Positions 37,116-46,397 are shown, numbered from the stretch's first letter. The stretch is DNA of 64,000 bases from Parcubacteria group bacterium GW2011_GWA1_56_13 (GCA_001004905.1 LCRY01000002.1:115577-179576), one strand, 5' to 3'. The notes: generated from the letters alone by a model not told the origin. Program-made: numbers and translations.

Positions 37116-38114
37116 ATGAAGGAACCTCGCAAGCCGCTCAAGCACCATCTCCACGACTATTTTTTTCCGCACGAGCGCAACCAGTACCGCCCGCATCTCT
37201 TCAGCAGCGCGTCCATCGCGGCGCTCGTCGTCGCGGTCGTCATGTTCGAGAGCGCGTATCTCGTGCAGACGAAATTCGTCTTTTTCAACACCGATTTCTT
37301 GGCGTCCGTATTGCCAGCGACGCTCGCCGCGCTCACGAACCAGGACCGCGCGATGAACAATCTCTCCGGCGTTACCGAGGACCCGCTTCTCGACCAGGCG
37401 GCGCAGGCGGCCGCGCTCGACATGGCGGCCAAGGGATATTTCGCTCACGTCTCTCCCGACGGGAAAACTCCGTGGTACTGGCTCGAGCAGGTCGGCTACA
37501 CATACAGCTACGCGGGACAGAACCTCGCCGTCAACTTCACCGATTCGGAGAATGTCGAATCGGCATGGATGGCTTCAGCGCCGCATCGCGCGAATATCAT
37601 GAAGCCGCAATACACGCACATCGGCTTCGGCACGGCAAACGGAATGTATGAAGGGCGGATGACCACCTTCGTCGTCGAATTTTTCGCGACCCCGGCGGCA
37701 GCGGCGGAGAAGACGGCGCTCGCAACACCGGCAGTGCCGGCAAAAACGGCGCTCGCAACACCGGCTCCAAAGGCGCCCACCTCCACCTCTCCCGTCAAGG
37801 TGCTCGGTTCGCAGGTCGACCAGCCGGGTGCGGCAGCGAGCGCCCCGGCAAGCGCTTCGCCGAATTGGCTCGCGCGTCTGCTCGCTTCGCCCCTCAATAC
37901 GCTCATCGCCATCTTTTCCATTCTGTTCTCGGTCATTGCGGCGGCGGGCATCATTGCGATTCTCATGCGGATGAAAGTCCCGCATCCAAGCGTACTCGTC
38001 GGCAGCGCGCTCGTGCTTGCGCTCATCGGCATTTCGACGCTGTTCAATTTCGAACTCGCAGGCCCGGTGCAGTTAAACGCTCAACCCGCGAGCGTAGAAG
38101 CGGCATTACCGTAG
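37116..38114 (+). CDS. CAP (SCP) domain membrane protein
   Basis: Motifs LTNQDR, DMAAKGYFAHVSPDG, YAGQNLA and AWMASAPHRANI; C-terminal TMs; tandem KTALATPA repeat at 37713-37765. Confidence 0.88.
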   Translation: MKEPRKPLKHHLHDYFFPHERNQYRPHLFSSASIAALVVAVVMFESAYLVQTKFVFFNTDFLASVLPATLAALTNQDRAMNNLSGVTEDPLLDQAAQAAALDMAAKGYFAHVSPDGKTPWYWLEQVGYTYSYAGQNLAVNFTDSENVESAWMASAPHRANIMKPQYTHIGFGTANGMYEGRMTTFVVEFFATPAAAAEKTALATPAVPAKTALATPAPKAPTSTSPVKVLGSQVDQPGAAASAPASASPNWLARLLASPLNTLIAIFSILFSVIAAAGIIAILMRMKVPHPSVLVGSALVLALIGISTLFNFELAGPVQLNAQPASVEAALP

Positions 38115-38175
38115 GTTCCCCCGCGAGGGTGGGGATAAGGACGAGCGCCGCATACCTCCGTACTACGATTATTGG

Positions 38176-39387
38176 ATGCAGGAGCGCAAGGTCGCCGAAA
38201 TACTGGCGCGGCCCGCCATCTCCATTATCGAGCTGGTGGACGCGCTCATCGAGCATGCGCACACGCGCAGCGCCTCGGACATCCACATTGACCCGAGCCG
38301 CGCCGATATGCGCGTGCGCTTTCGCATTGACGGCGTACTGCAGGAAGTCCGTCAGCTGCCGAAGCGCATCCACTCCGAAATAATCGCGCGCATCAAGGTC
38401 ATGGCGGGCATGCGTACCGACGAGCATCAGGCCACGCAGGACGGGCGTTTTCGGCATGAGTGCGTAAACGGCGACACGCTCGATATCCGCGTTTCCATTG
38501 CCCCGACGTATCACGGAGAGAATGCCGTCCTGCGCCTGCTCTCCAATCACGCCGCCGCCTTCACGCTCGAGATGCTCGGCTTTAGCGATGCCGACCGCCG
38601 GAAGATACACGCGGCCATCAAGCGCCCTCACGGCATGATACTTTCCACGGGCCCGACCGATTCGGGCAAGACCACGACCCTCTACACGCTCATTCGAATG
38701 CTCAATTCGCCCGACGTTTCCATCGTTACCGTCGAAGACCCCATCGAATACGCGATCGACCAGGTGGAGCAGATACAGGTCGCGCCGCGCACTGGGCTGA
38801 CCTTCGCAAACGGTCTCCGCTCCATCCTGCGCCAAGACCCGAACATCATCATGGTCGGGGAAATACGCGACGCGGAAACGGCCGCCATCGCCGTCAATAC
38901 CGCGCTCACCGGGCACCTGCTGCTTTCGACGCTCCACACAAGCGACGCCGCCACCACGCTTCCGCGCCTCCTCGACATGGGCGTCGACGCCTACCTCGTG
39001 GCGTCCACGGTCAATATCGCCATCGGCCAGCGGCTGGTCCGCAGGATCTGCCCGTCATGCAAAACAGAAATGGCCATCACCGACGCGGCAGAAAAGACGC
39101 TCGCGGCCATCCCGCTTACGGAACCAATTGAGAGAGGCGCCGTTTTTTATCGCGGCAAAGGATGTAGCGCGTGCGGCGGCTCCGGATACGCGGGGCGACT
39201 GTGTATCAGCGAGGTGCTCGCGGCCGACCAGGGCATCCGCGAAGCCATCATGCGGCAAGCGTCGAGCGCGGAGATACGCACACTCGCCATCCATGGCGGC
39301 ATGACGACGATGCTCGAAGACGGAGTGCGCAAAGCGCGCAGGGGACATACGACCATCGAAGAGGTGCTCCGCGTCGTGTATGAGTAG
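38176..39387 (+). CDS. GspE/PilB-family secretion/pilus ATPase (no N-terminal domain)
   Basis: Motifs ASDIHID, Walker A variant GPTDSGKTT, TVEDPIEY, LRQDPNIIMVGEIRD and two CxxC. Confidence 0.92.
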   Translation: MQERKVAEILARPAISIIELVDALIEHAHTRSASDIHIDPSRADMRVRFRIDGVLQEVRQLPKRIHSEIIARIKVMAGMRTDEHQATQDGRFRHECVNGDTLDIRVSIAPTYHGENAVLRLLSNHAAAFTLEMLGFSDADRRKIHAAIKRPHGMILSTGPTDSGKTTTLYTLIRMLNSPDVSIVTVEDPIEYAIDQVEQIQVAPRTGLTFANGLRSILRQDPNIIMVGEIRDAETAAIAVNTALTGHLLLSTLHTSDAATTLPRLLDMGVDAYLVASTVNIAIGQRLVRRICPSCKTEMAITDAAEKTLAAIPLTEPIERGAVFYRGKGCSACGGSGYAGRLCISEVLAADQGIREAIMRQASSAEIRTLAIHGGMTTMLEDGVRKARRGHTTIEEVLRVVYE

Positions 39388-40459
39388 CGCGTTCTCGCCG
39401 TCGGCGTTCGTCCGCTTCTCGACGAAGGAGCGGACGTTTTTCGCCAAGCGCATGTCGTTTCTGGTAAAGGCGGGCATACCGCTCGTCGAGAGCTTGCACC
39501 TTATCCGCATGCAGACGAAGTCGCGAACCAAGAAAGGCGTGTATGACGCGGTCATCGCCGACGTGTCGAACGGGCAGTACCTCTCGACGAGCATGGGAAA
39601 GTTCAAGCGGCTTTTTGGCGACTTTTCCATCGGCCTCATTCGCGTGGGGGAGGAAAGCGGCATCTTGAGCCAGAATCTCGAGTACCTCGCGGAGGAACTC
39701 CAGAAAAAGCAGGCGCTCGAGCGCAAGGTCATCGGCACGCTCATCTATCCCGTTTTCATCATCGTGGCGACGCTCGGTGTGAGCACGGTGCTCACGGCGT
39801 ACATCTTTCCCAAACTCATGCCGATATTCACCAGCTTGCATATGACCCTCCCGCTCACGACCCGCGTGCTCATCGCGGTCTCGGCGTACCTGCGCGATTG
39901 GGGCGTTGCTACGTTCTTCGCTCTTATCGCATGCGCTGGCGCACTTGTATTCATTCGATACAGATTCGAACGCGTGCGCCTGTGGGGCGACCGCATGCTG
40001 CTACGCGTTCCGCTTGCAGGTAGCGTCGCGCGCGCATACAACCTTACGAATTTTTGCCGCACGCTCGGCCTCTTGCTGCGGAGCGGCGTTCCGCTCTTCG
40101 ATGCGATGGAGATAACCGGAGAAACGACCAAGAATCGCGTGTACCGGAAAGCATGCGCAAGTATCGCGTCGAGGATCATGCGCGGCGAATCTGTCTCGCG
40201 CGGCATGAGCGAGCGCCCCGACCTCTTTCCCGACACGCTCACGCATCTCGTCGCGGTGGGAGAGAAGACCGGCAATCTTTCCTCGACACTCACCTATCTC
40301 GGAGAGCTGTATGAAGAAGAAGTGGGAGAACTGACAAAAGGTCTTTCGAACTCCATAGAGCCGGCACTCATGGTGGTGATGGGGCTTTTAGTCGGGCTTA
40401 TTGCCGTGTCGGTCATTACGCCGATATATGAAATAACCCAACATTTGGGTCCGCGATAG
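39380..40459 (+). CDS. GspF/PilC-family platform protein
   Basis: Two T2SSF repeats (AGIPLVESL...GEESGIL and SGVPL...GEKTGNL...IEP). Confidence 0.92.
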   Translation: MSSAFSPSAFVRFSTKERTFFAKRMSFLVKAGIPLVESLHLIRMQTKSRTKKGVYDAVIADVSNGQYLSTSMGKFKRLFGDFSIGLIRVGEESGILSQNLEYLAEELQKKQALERKVIGTLIYPVFIIVATLGVSTVLTAYIFPKLMPIFTSLHMTLPLTTRVLIAVSAYLRDWGVATFFALIACAGALVFIRYRFERVRLWGDRMLLRVPLAGSVARAYNLTNFCRTLGLLLRSGVPLFDAMEITGETTKNRVYRKACASIASRIMRGESVSRGMSERPDLFPDTLTHLVAVGEKTGNLSSTLTYLGELYEEEVGELTKGLSNSIEPALMVVMGLLVGLIAVSVITPIYEITQHLGPR

Positions 40460-40461
40460 GT

Positions 40462-40887
40462 ATGCGCAGACGTGGTTTTACTCTGATAGAAATAATCATT
40501 GTCGTCGCGATATTCTCCGTTCTCATTTCACTCGGCCTTTTCATGAGCATGGAGACCCTTCGCGGCACGCTCAACCGTTCCGAGCGCGACATCGTGGTGA
40601 GCGCGCTGCAAAAGGCGCGCAGCCGGGCGCTTGCGAATATGCAGCAAGCGCCATGGGGCGTGTGCTACATCGCGCCCGACTACATCGTCTTCCGCGGTTT
40701 CGAGTGCGCTCCCGGACTGCCGACGAACGAAACCGTTCCGGCAAACACCGCGAATTCCATCGTGTTTCCTTCGCCCATAGTTTTCTCACAGCTTTCGGCA
40801 ACGACCACCGGCGGTTCCATAACGATCGCGCAGGACGGGCGCACCGCGACGATAACCGTCAATCAAGAGGGCATGATCGACTGGTAA
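40462..40887 (+). CDS. Type IV pilin-like protein (FimT/GspH-like)
   Basis: Class III signal RRG|FTLIE, hydrophobic helix, then KARSRA. Confidence 0.88.
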   Translation: MRRRGFTLIEIIIVVAIFSVLISLGLFMSMETLRGTLNRSERDIVVSALQKARSRALANMQQAPWGVCYIAPDYIVFRGFECAPGLPTNETVPANTANSIVFPSPIVFSQLSATTTGGSITIAQDGRTATITVNQEGMIDW

Positions 40888-41068
40888 AACAAGTCGCCCG
40901 TCCTGCGGCGGGTGACTACCAGGTGTTTTTCTGGATAAGGATGCGGCCTCCGCCGCGCAATTTCTAATTCGGTCACTCAGCCCCGAAGCAGCATTCCGGG
41001 GCATCGTGACCGAGGCCAGTGAATAAAAAGACCCCGCCGTAGCAGGGTCCTCTCGTTTCGCGCGGCCG

Positions 41069-41659
41069 TCAGAATGAAAAGTTGACGGCAAACAACACGG
41101 TTGATTTTTTCTCGGTACCTTCCTCCTCGTCAAGGCGAGGAACGCTCCCGCGAAGCGCAGCGGCCCATATGCTCACATTCTTTGTGAGCGCGTATTCGAC
41201 CCGCGGGCCGATACCAATATCGCGCTCGGTCATGCCGCCGATACTAAAGCGGTCGCCGATGTCGTACACGGCGTGGACGCGGTACCAGCGGCCGGAACCG
41301 CCCGACTCGAAGACGCCGAACGAATGGAACCGGTCGGTCTCGACCGAGAAGAAGGCGCTTCGCATGGACGAAGGCGGCTGATTCTCGCGTCCCACCCCGA
41401 CACCGAGCTGAAGCCAATCGGTCGGCTTCCAGTACGGGCCCGCATAGATGTTGCGGTAACGGTCGCTCAATGCGACGGCAGAAGCAAACCATCCGACTGA
41501 CGGTGACAGTTCGCGCTCGTACCAGCCGATGACCTCCGAAGGTCCGCGGCTCGCCTCTCGAGCCTCCACCCAGAGGCCGAGTTCCTTTTCTTCCTCGGCC
41601 CCAAAAGCGGGGAACGCGATGAACAACAACATCCCTAGTAAGAACCATTTGCTTTTCAT
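41069..41659 (-). CDS. Secreted protein with beta-barrel-like sequence features
   Basis: Signal peptide MKSKWFLLG...AFG; alternating aromatic/Gly strands; C-terminus VNFSF. GGAGGT SD; TTGACA-N17-TATTCT promoter (41707-41734). Confidence 0.7.
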   Translation of the reverse strand: MKSKWFLLGMLLFIAFPAFGAEEEKELGLWVEAREASRGPSEVIGWYERELSPSVGWFASAVALSDRYRNIYAGPYWKPTDWLQLGVGVGRENQPPSSMRSAFFSVETDRFHSFGVFESGGSGRWYRVHAVYDIGDRFSIGGMTERDIGIGPRVEYALTKNVSIWAAALRGSVPRLDEEEGTEKKSTVLFAVNFSF

Positions 41660-41765
41660 TGCCCACCTCCCTATAGGATCGGCGCTCAACTTCAGCACTC
41701 TTGGAAGAATAGCATAGTTGAATATATTTGTCAAGAACCGCGAATAACGAGGTATACTCTCGCTA

Positions 41766-42257
41766 ATGGGAAACCCGCAATCAGTGCTCCACGAGGTCGC
41801 GATAACGGCCATCATCGCGAAGGACGGAAAATATCTCATCACGCGCCGCGCGAAGACAAAAAAGCGGTTCCCGGGCAAATGGACCGTGCCGGGCGGCAAG
41901 CTCGAAACGAGCGACTATATGCGGTTCTCGAAAGACACTCACGACTATTGGTACAACGTCCTCGAGTGCGTTCTCCACAGAGAAGTACAGGAGGAAGTAG
42001 GTCTCGCGATAAAAAATATCGAGTACGTAACCTCGCTCGCGACCGTGCATGCCGACGGCGCGCCATCGCTCGTCATTTCCTGCATGGCGGACTGGGACAG
42101 CGGGGACGTAACGCTCGACAAAAAAGAGGCGGACGCATACGCCTGGGTGACGCCCGAGGAAGCCGGATCGTACGACCTCATCGCGGGCATCCAGGAGGAG
42201 ATACAAATGGCGGACGCGCGGCGCAAGGGCGAACGATCGGAGTGGAAGCGGTCATAA
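41766..42257 (+). CDS. NUDIX hydrolase
   Basis: Nudix box (with insert) FPGKWTVPGGKLE...REVQEEVGL. Confidence 0.9.
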   Translation: MGNPQSVLHEVAITAIIAKDGKYLITRRAKTKKRFPGKWTVPGGKLETSDYMRFSKDTHDYWYNVLECVLHREVQEEVGLAIKNIEYVTSLATVHADGAPSLVISCMADWDSGDVTLDKKEADAYAWVTPEEAGSYDLIAGIQEEIQMADARRKGERSEWKRS

Positions 42258-42290
42258 CATACAACAGCGGCCGCGCAGAGCGCGGCCGGG

Positions 42291-42761
42291 TCAGACAAAG
42301 AAAGGAAAGAAGACGACTCGCGGTTTCTTGTTGCGCGGCCGGTGGTATACATGCGCTCGGAACTTCTCTCCTTGAACTGCGCGGAGAAACCATTCGCGGT
42401 CGAGCTCGGGCATGAGCTGAAGCGGGATATCTTTAACGGGATACCAGCATGGCGTCATGGTCTCCGTTTCGCGCGGGCTGTCCTTGAAGTAGCTCGTGTG
42501 GAAGACGTGCAGTTCGAGATCCGGCACATCCGCCACTATGTAGGAGACGATAACGGCCACTCGCTCCAGTTTTCTCGGGTTGAGCAGAATGCCGGCTTCG
42601 TTGTGGGCCGCGCGCACCAGACACTGGGCAAGTGTCTCGTTCTTCTGCTGTTTCGCGCCCGGTCCGCTTAGCGAGCTTCCTCCGACTTCCGCCTCAGCCC
42701 TCTTTACGCCGAGCAGGACCTGGTTCCACCGCGTGATGATGCCAAACGTTGCGATTTCCAC
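42291..42761 (-). CDS. NUDIX-fold protein (MTH1-like) with a degenerate Nudix box
   Basis: Pattern VLLGVK...GPGAK...ETLAQCLVRAAHNEAGI...ETETMTPCWY...IP..M..D..W. GTG start with GGAGGAG SD. Confidence 0.7.
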   Translation of the reverse strand: MEIATFGIITRWNQVLLGVKRAEAEVGGSSLSGPGAKQQKNETLAQCLVRAAHNEAGILLNPRKLERVAVIVSYIVADVPDLELHVFHTSYFKDSPRETETMTPCWYPVKDIPLQLMPELDREWFLRAVQGEKFRAHVYHRPRNKKPRVVFFPFFV

Positions 42762-42813
42762 GGGCTCCTCCCTTCAGTGTATTGATCCGCCGGTATGGTA
42801 TCATCGCCCGCAT

Positions 42814-43542
42814 ATGGATACAAACACAACGGGCAACAAGTACTTTTTACCAACAGCGGTCATAGTCGCAGGCCTCGTTATCGCCGGCGCGGTCGTGTGG
42901 AATGGCTCGCGCTCTCCGTCCGGGACAGGCGGGACGGGGACGGCGCCGCGAGCCAGTATCAAAGATGTGAAAACGGAGGGAGAGCCGTTCATTGGAGCGG
43001 CCTCGGCGCCGGTCACCATCGCGTTCTGGAGCGATTTCCAGTGCCCATACTGCAAGGCGTTCGAGGTAGGTCATAAGGATATCCCGACGCCGGCGGCGCT
43101 TCCCGACATCATCAAGAATTACGTTGACACCGGCAAAGTAAGGATAGTTTTCAAGGACGTCGTATTTCTCAGTCCGCGAATGGGTACCGACTCAATGACG
43201 GGTGCCGTCTATAACCAGTCCGTTTGGAAGCTTTACCCGGATACGTATTTCGCCTGGCGTACGGCGATATTCAACGCCCAGGACGAAGAGGGAGGAGGCT
43301 TCGGCAACGCGGCGTCCATCGACAAACTCAATGCAACCATCCCCGGTCTTGATGCGGCGAAGATCGCGGCGGATGTGAGTGCCAATCGCGCCGCGTATGA
43401 GAAGCACGCGAATGACGTAACCGCCGAAGCACAGAAGCTTGGCGTGGACGCAACGCCGTCCATCATTGTCGGCGATTCTCTCATCAAGGGCGCATATCCA
43501 TACGCCACCTTCCAGGCGGCGCTTGATGCGGCTCTAAAGTAA
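42814..43542 (+). CDS. DsbA family protein
   Basis: Motifs WSDFQCPYCK, YVDTGKVRIVFKD and GVDATPS; N-terminal anchor. Confidence 0.9.
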   Translation: MDTNTTGNKYFLPTAVIVAGLVIAGAVVWNGSRSPSGTGGTGTAPRASIKDVKTEGEPFIGAASAPVTIAFWSDFQCPYCKAFEVGHKDIPTPAALPDIIKNYVDTGKVRIVFKDVVFLSPRMGTDSMTGAVYNQSVWKLYPDTYFAWRTAIFNAQDEEGGGFGNAASIDKLNATIPGLDAAKIAADVSANRAAYEKHANDVTAEAQKLGVDATPSIIVGDSLIKGAYPYATFQAALDAALK

Positions 43543-43558
43543 GCTGGTTCGACAGACG

Positions 43559-43594
43559 AAAAGCGCGGTACCGCCAGGCGGTACCGCGCTTTTT
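43559..43594 (+). terminator. Intrinsic terminator
   Basis: AAAAGCGCGGTACCGC...GCGGTACCGCGCTTTTT. Confidence 0.8.
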
Positions 43595-43625
43595 GTATAT
43601 TCGGCTATTTTTCCCCGCCGTCGTG

Positions 43626-43665
43626 CCATTTTCTTATTGCGAATCTTTTGCATTTAGGATAGCAT
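43626..43665 (+). promoter_or_regulatory. Promoter overlapped by a putative Zur/Fur box
   Basis: TTGCGA-N17-TAGCAT; palindrome ATTGCGAAT-C-TTTTGCATT; second copy at 12967-12998. Confidence 0.65.
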
Positions 43666-43671
43666 GCACGG

Positions 43672-44097
43672 ATGCAGATCTCGGTTACATCATCCGGCCG
43701 GCACGCGGATATGCTGCGCCATGCCGGTTTCAGGGCGACCTACGGCCGCGTGGCGCTCCTTGAGATGCTTGCGCACGCGCGCAAGCCGGTTCGAGTAGAA
43801 ACGGCCGCAAAGGCGGTGCGAGGAAAGCTCGACCTCACCAACACCTACCGGGCGCTCGAGGCGCTCCGCAGAGTGGGCCTCGTCCGCCGCGTGGACCTGG
43901 GGCACGCCCACACGCACTACGAGCTTGCGGAAGGAAAGCATCACCACCATCTGGTCTGCGACTCATGCGGGAAGGTCGCGGATGTCGAGATACAGGAAAA
44001 AGAAATGGAGCGCGCGGCGCTCCGGGCCGCGCGCGATTTCAAAAGCGTTCGGGCTCATTCGCTCGAGTTCTTCGGGCTTTGCAACGCCTGCGTATGA
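43672..44097 (+). CDS. Fur-family regulator, probably Zur
   Basis: Motifs GFRATYGR, TYRALE, HHHHLVCDSCG and FFGLCNAC; coupled to a ZIP transporter gene. Confidence 0.9.
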   Translation: MQISVTSSGRHADMLRHAGFRATYGRVALLEMLAHARKPVRVETAAKAVRGKLDLTNTYRALEALRRVGLVRRVDLGHAHTHYELAEGKHHHHLVCDSCGKVADVEIQEKEMERAALRAARDFKSVRAHSLEFFGLCNACV

Positions 44098-44837
44098 CCG
44101 ACATTTGGCTCTACACGCTCGTCAGTGTCGCCGCCGTCAGCCTCGTTTCGCTTATCGGGATCCTTGCGTTGGGGATCAAGCAGGAGCTCCTCCAGCGTAT
44201 CCTGTTCTATCTCATTAGTTTTTCCGCCGGCGCGCTCCTGGGCGACGTATTCATCCACATCCTTCCGGAACTCATGGAGGGAGAATCGGCTTTGCAAAAC
44301 GGCGGTTACGTCCTTGCCGGCATCGTACTGTTCTTCGTGCTCGAACGCGTCCTTCTGTGGCATCACTCGCATACCTCCCACGAAGAAAAGGTGCACTCGA
44401 TGGTGTATCTCACGATCGTCGGGGATGCGCTCCATAACCTCCTCGACGGCGTCGCGATCGCCGCGGCCTTTCTCGCGAGCGTCCCTGTCGGCGTCGCCAC
44501 GGCCGGCGCGATCATTTTCCATGAGGTCCCGCAGGAGATAGGACAATTCGCCATTTTGGTGCATGGCGGTTGGAGCAGAAAGAAGGCGTTGCTCTACAAT
44601 TTCTTCTCCGCGCTCACGGCGATCGTAGGAGCGGTCGCGGCTCTCCTTTTCTCCAGGCGTTTTACCGAGGCCCCGACGGTACTTCTTGGGTTGGGAGCGG
44701 CGAGCTTCATCTATATCGCGATGTCGGATCTGATCCCGGAACTCCAGAAAGAGTCCCATATGCATAGATCGGTGCTGCAGCTCATCTGGATGATCGCCGG
44801 TATCGGTGTCATGGCGTCGTTATTGTTGCTTGAATAG
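44094..44837 (+). CDS. ZIP-family metal (zinc) transporter
   Basis: Motifs SFSAGALLGDVFIHILPE, HHSH loop, GDALHNLLDG, FHEVPQEIG and YIAMSDLIPEL. ATGA overlap with the regulator gene. Confidence 0.92.
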   Translation: MTDIWLYTLVSVAAVSLVSLIGILALGIKQELLQRILFYLISFSAGALLGDVFIHILPELMEGESALQNGGYVLAGIVLFFVLERVLLWHHSHTSHEEKVHSMVYLTIVGDALHNLLDGVAIAAAFLASVPVGVATAGAIIFHEVPQEIGQFAILVHGGWSRKKALLYNFFSALTAIVGAVAALLFSRRFTEAPTVLLGLGAASFIYIAMSDLIPELQKESHMHRSVLQLIWMIAGIGVMASLLLLE

Positions 44838-44867
44838 GTTGGCGCAGACGTCTGGTATAATCATTTC

Positions 44868-45200
44868 ATGAAGTTATTTTTTCACTGGTTCATCGCGGCT
44901 CTCGCCATCGGCATCGCGGCGTACGTTGTGCCCGGTGTCACCGTCACGCCGGTGAGCGCGCTCATCGCGGCGGTCGTGCTCGGCGCATTGAACCTTTTCA
45001 TCCGCCCGATCCTCATGATCCTCACGCTTCCGATAACCATTCTCACGCTCGGTCTCTTTTCGCTCGTTATCCACGCGTTCCTTGTTCTGCTTGCAAGCTA
45101 TCTCGTACCGGAATTCACCGTTGCGAACTTCACGGCCGCCCTTCTGTTCGCGCTCGTTCTCGCGGTCATCAACTGGGTCTTTCACCTCTGGAGCCGCTAA
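44868..45200 (+). CDS. YvlD-like four-TM membrane protein (phage holin 4 superfamily)
   Basis: Motif LGALNLFIRPILMILTLPITILTLGLF. Confidence 0.88.
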   Translation: MKLFFHWFIAALAIGIAAYVVPGVTVTPVSALIAAVVLGALNLFIRPILMILTLPITILTLGLFSLVIHAFLVLLASYLVPEFTVANFTAALLFALVLAVINWVFHLWSR

Positions 45201-45274
45201 TATATTGAGGACGCGAGGCGGTTTTGCTATAGTCGAATTTGGCTCTTTTGTTACGGAAAGGGAGGAGGCGTCAC

Positions 45275-45478
45275 ATGGCCAATGGTTATCCGCTCGAACC
45301 GCTTCCTTGCGGCATAGAGACGGAAAAAGGTTTACAGTGCCCGCATTGCGGGGAAATCGGCCCTCACGAACGTCGCGCTTCTGCGCGTAACGAGGAGGGG
45401 GAAAGAGTATCGCGCTGGCAATGCGTCAGATGTCTCAGGTTTTTCGCTGACCCGTCGGAAGAAGATTCAGTGGCATAA
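45275..45478 (+). CDS. Small zinc-ribbon protein
   Basis: CPHC...CVRC; GGAGGAGG SD; 67 aa. Confidence 0.65.
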   Translation: MANGYPLEPLPCGIETEKGLQCPHCGEIGPHERRASARNEEGERVSRWQCVRCLRFFADPSEEDSVA

Positions 45479-45504
45479 ATAACCAACTCTAGGGAGGGGC
45501 ATTC

Positions 45505-45714
45505 ATGGGAACTTTCACGCCAAGTGCGGTGGGATTGGAAAGGGGGAAATTCGTGTACGAGAAGCTCATGTGCCCGTACAACGGCTGCAGCAATCCGTTT
45601 ACTACGCACACTCATCTAGAGACCTGGGTGCCGGATGAGAAGGGTGAGAAGCATCGTCTCATACAGTGCGGAGGTTGCAGAAAAATCCTCTTGCATCCGT
45701 ATCCAGATGTATGA
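45505..45714 (+). CDS. Small zinc-ribbon protein
   Basis: CPYNGC...CGGC; GGAGG SD; 69 aa. Confidence 0.65.
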   Translation: MGTFTPSAVGLERGKFVYEKLMCPYNGCSNPFTTHTHLETWVPDEKGEKHRLIQCGGCRKILLHPYPDV

Positions 45715-45730
45715 GAAACAAAAACCGTTC

Positions 45731-45758
45731 AAGACCGCCGTAGGCGGTCTTTTGTTTT
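45731..45758 (+). terminator. Intrinsic terminator
   Basis: AAGACCGCC-gta-GGCGGTCTT-TTGTTTT. Confidence 0.75.
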
Positions 45759-46374
45759 ATACCGCGCGCTTGCCGCGCGCGAAATTGAGGAAAAGAGGCA
45801 AGAAGGAGATAATGACGATGGCAAGCGAAAGGGGCAGGATGTATGTCTCGCTGTTGGGAATTATCGAACCAAGGAAGAATCCGAGCGATATCATACCTGC
45901 GCCCCAGAGGCACCCGCCGAGCGCGTTGTAGGCGAGAAAAGTGCGGTAGTTCATGCTTCCGATGCCGGCGAGGATGGGCGCGATGGTGCGCACGATGGGA
46001 ACGAAGCGCGCGAGTACGACCGCGCGCCCGCCATAGGCCTGGTAGAAGCGCTCCGTGCGCCGCAGGTATTCCTGCTTGAAGAAGCGCGAGTCCTTGCGCT
46101 TGAAAAAATTGGCACCCACGTTCGCACCGAACCAATACCCGACCGAATCACCGATTATCGCCGCAAGGACGACGGACACGATAAGGGGAGCCAATGCGAG
46201 CACCCCGCCGCCGGAGAGAAGTCCTGCAGCGAAGAGCAGGGAATCGCCCGGAAAGAAAATACCAAAGAGAAGGCCGCTCTCGGCGAAGACGATGAGAGCG
46301 ATGCCGATGTAGCTCCCCGTTTTTACGATGGCTACCGGGTCCAGATTTATACACGCGTAAATGAAATCGAGCAT
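45757..46374 (-). CDS. DedA/VTT family membrane protein
   Basis: Motifs VFAESGLLFGIFFPGDSLLF, GDSVGYWFG and LARFVPIVRT. Confidence 0.93.
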   Translation of the reverse strand: MLDFIYACINLDPVAIVKTGSYIGIALIVFAESGLLFGIFFPGDSLLFAAGLLSGGGVLALAPLIVSVVLAAIIGDSVGYWFGANVGANFFKRKDSRFFKQEYLRRTERFYQAYGGRAVVLARFVPIVRTIAPILAGIGSMNYRTFLAYNALGGCLWGAGMISLGFFLGSIIPNSETYILPLSLAIVIISFLPLFLNFARGKRAV

Positions 46375-46397
46375 TCTCGTGGAGTATACTGTAATAA

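Noticed and set aside
37713-37765. Short intragenic tandem repeats (KTALATPA twice; also DSSGNPV twice at 51267-51312)
   Set aside because: These look like ordinary slippage duplications in low-complexity linkers.
40968-41015. SRP (4.5S) RNA
   Set aside because: It is a long hairpin with AGCAG, but I could not match the CAGG..GGAA..AGCAG helix-8 arrangement on either strand.
44868-45200. Holin indicating a prophage
   Set aside because: YvlD-type proteins are common chromosomal genes, and no phage structural, lysis or integrase genes are nearby.
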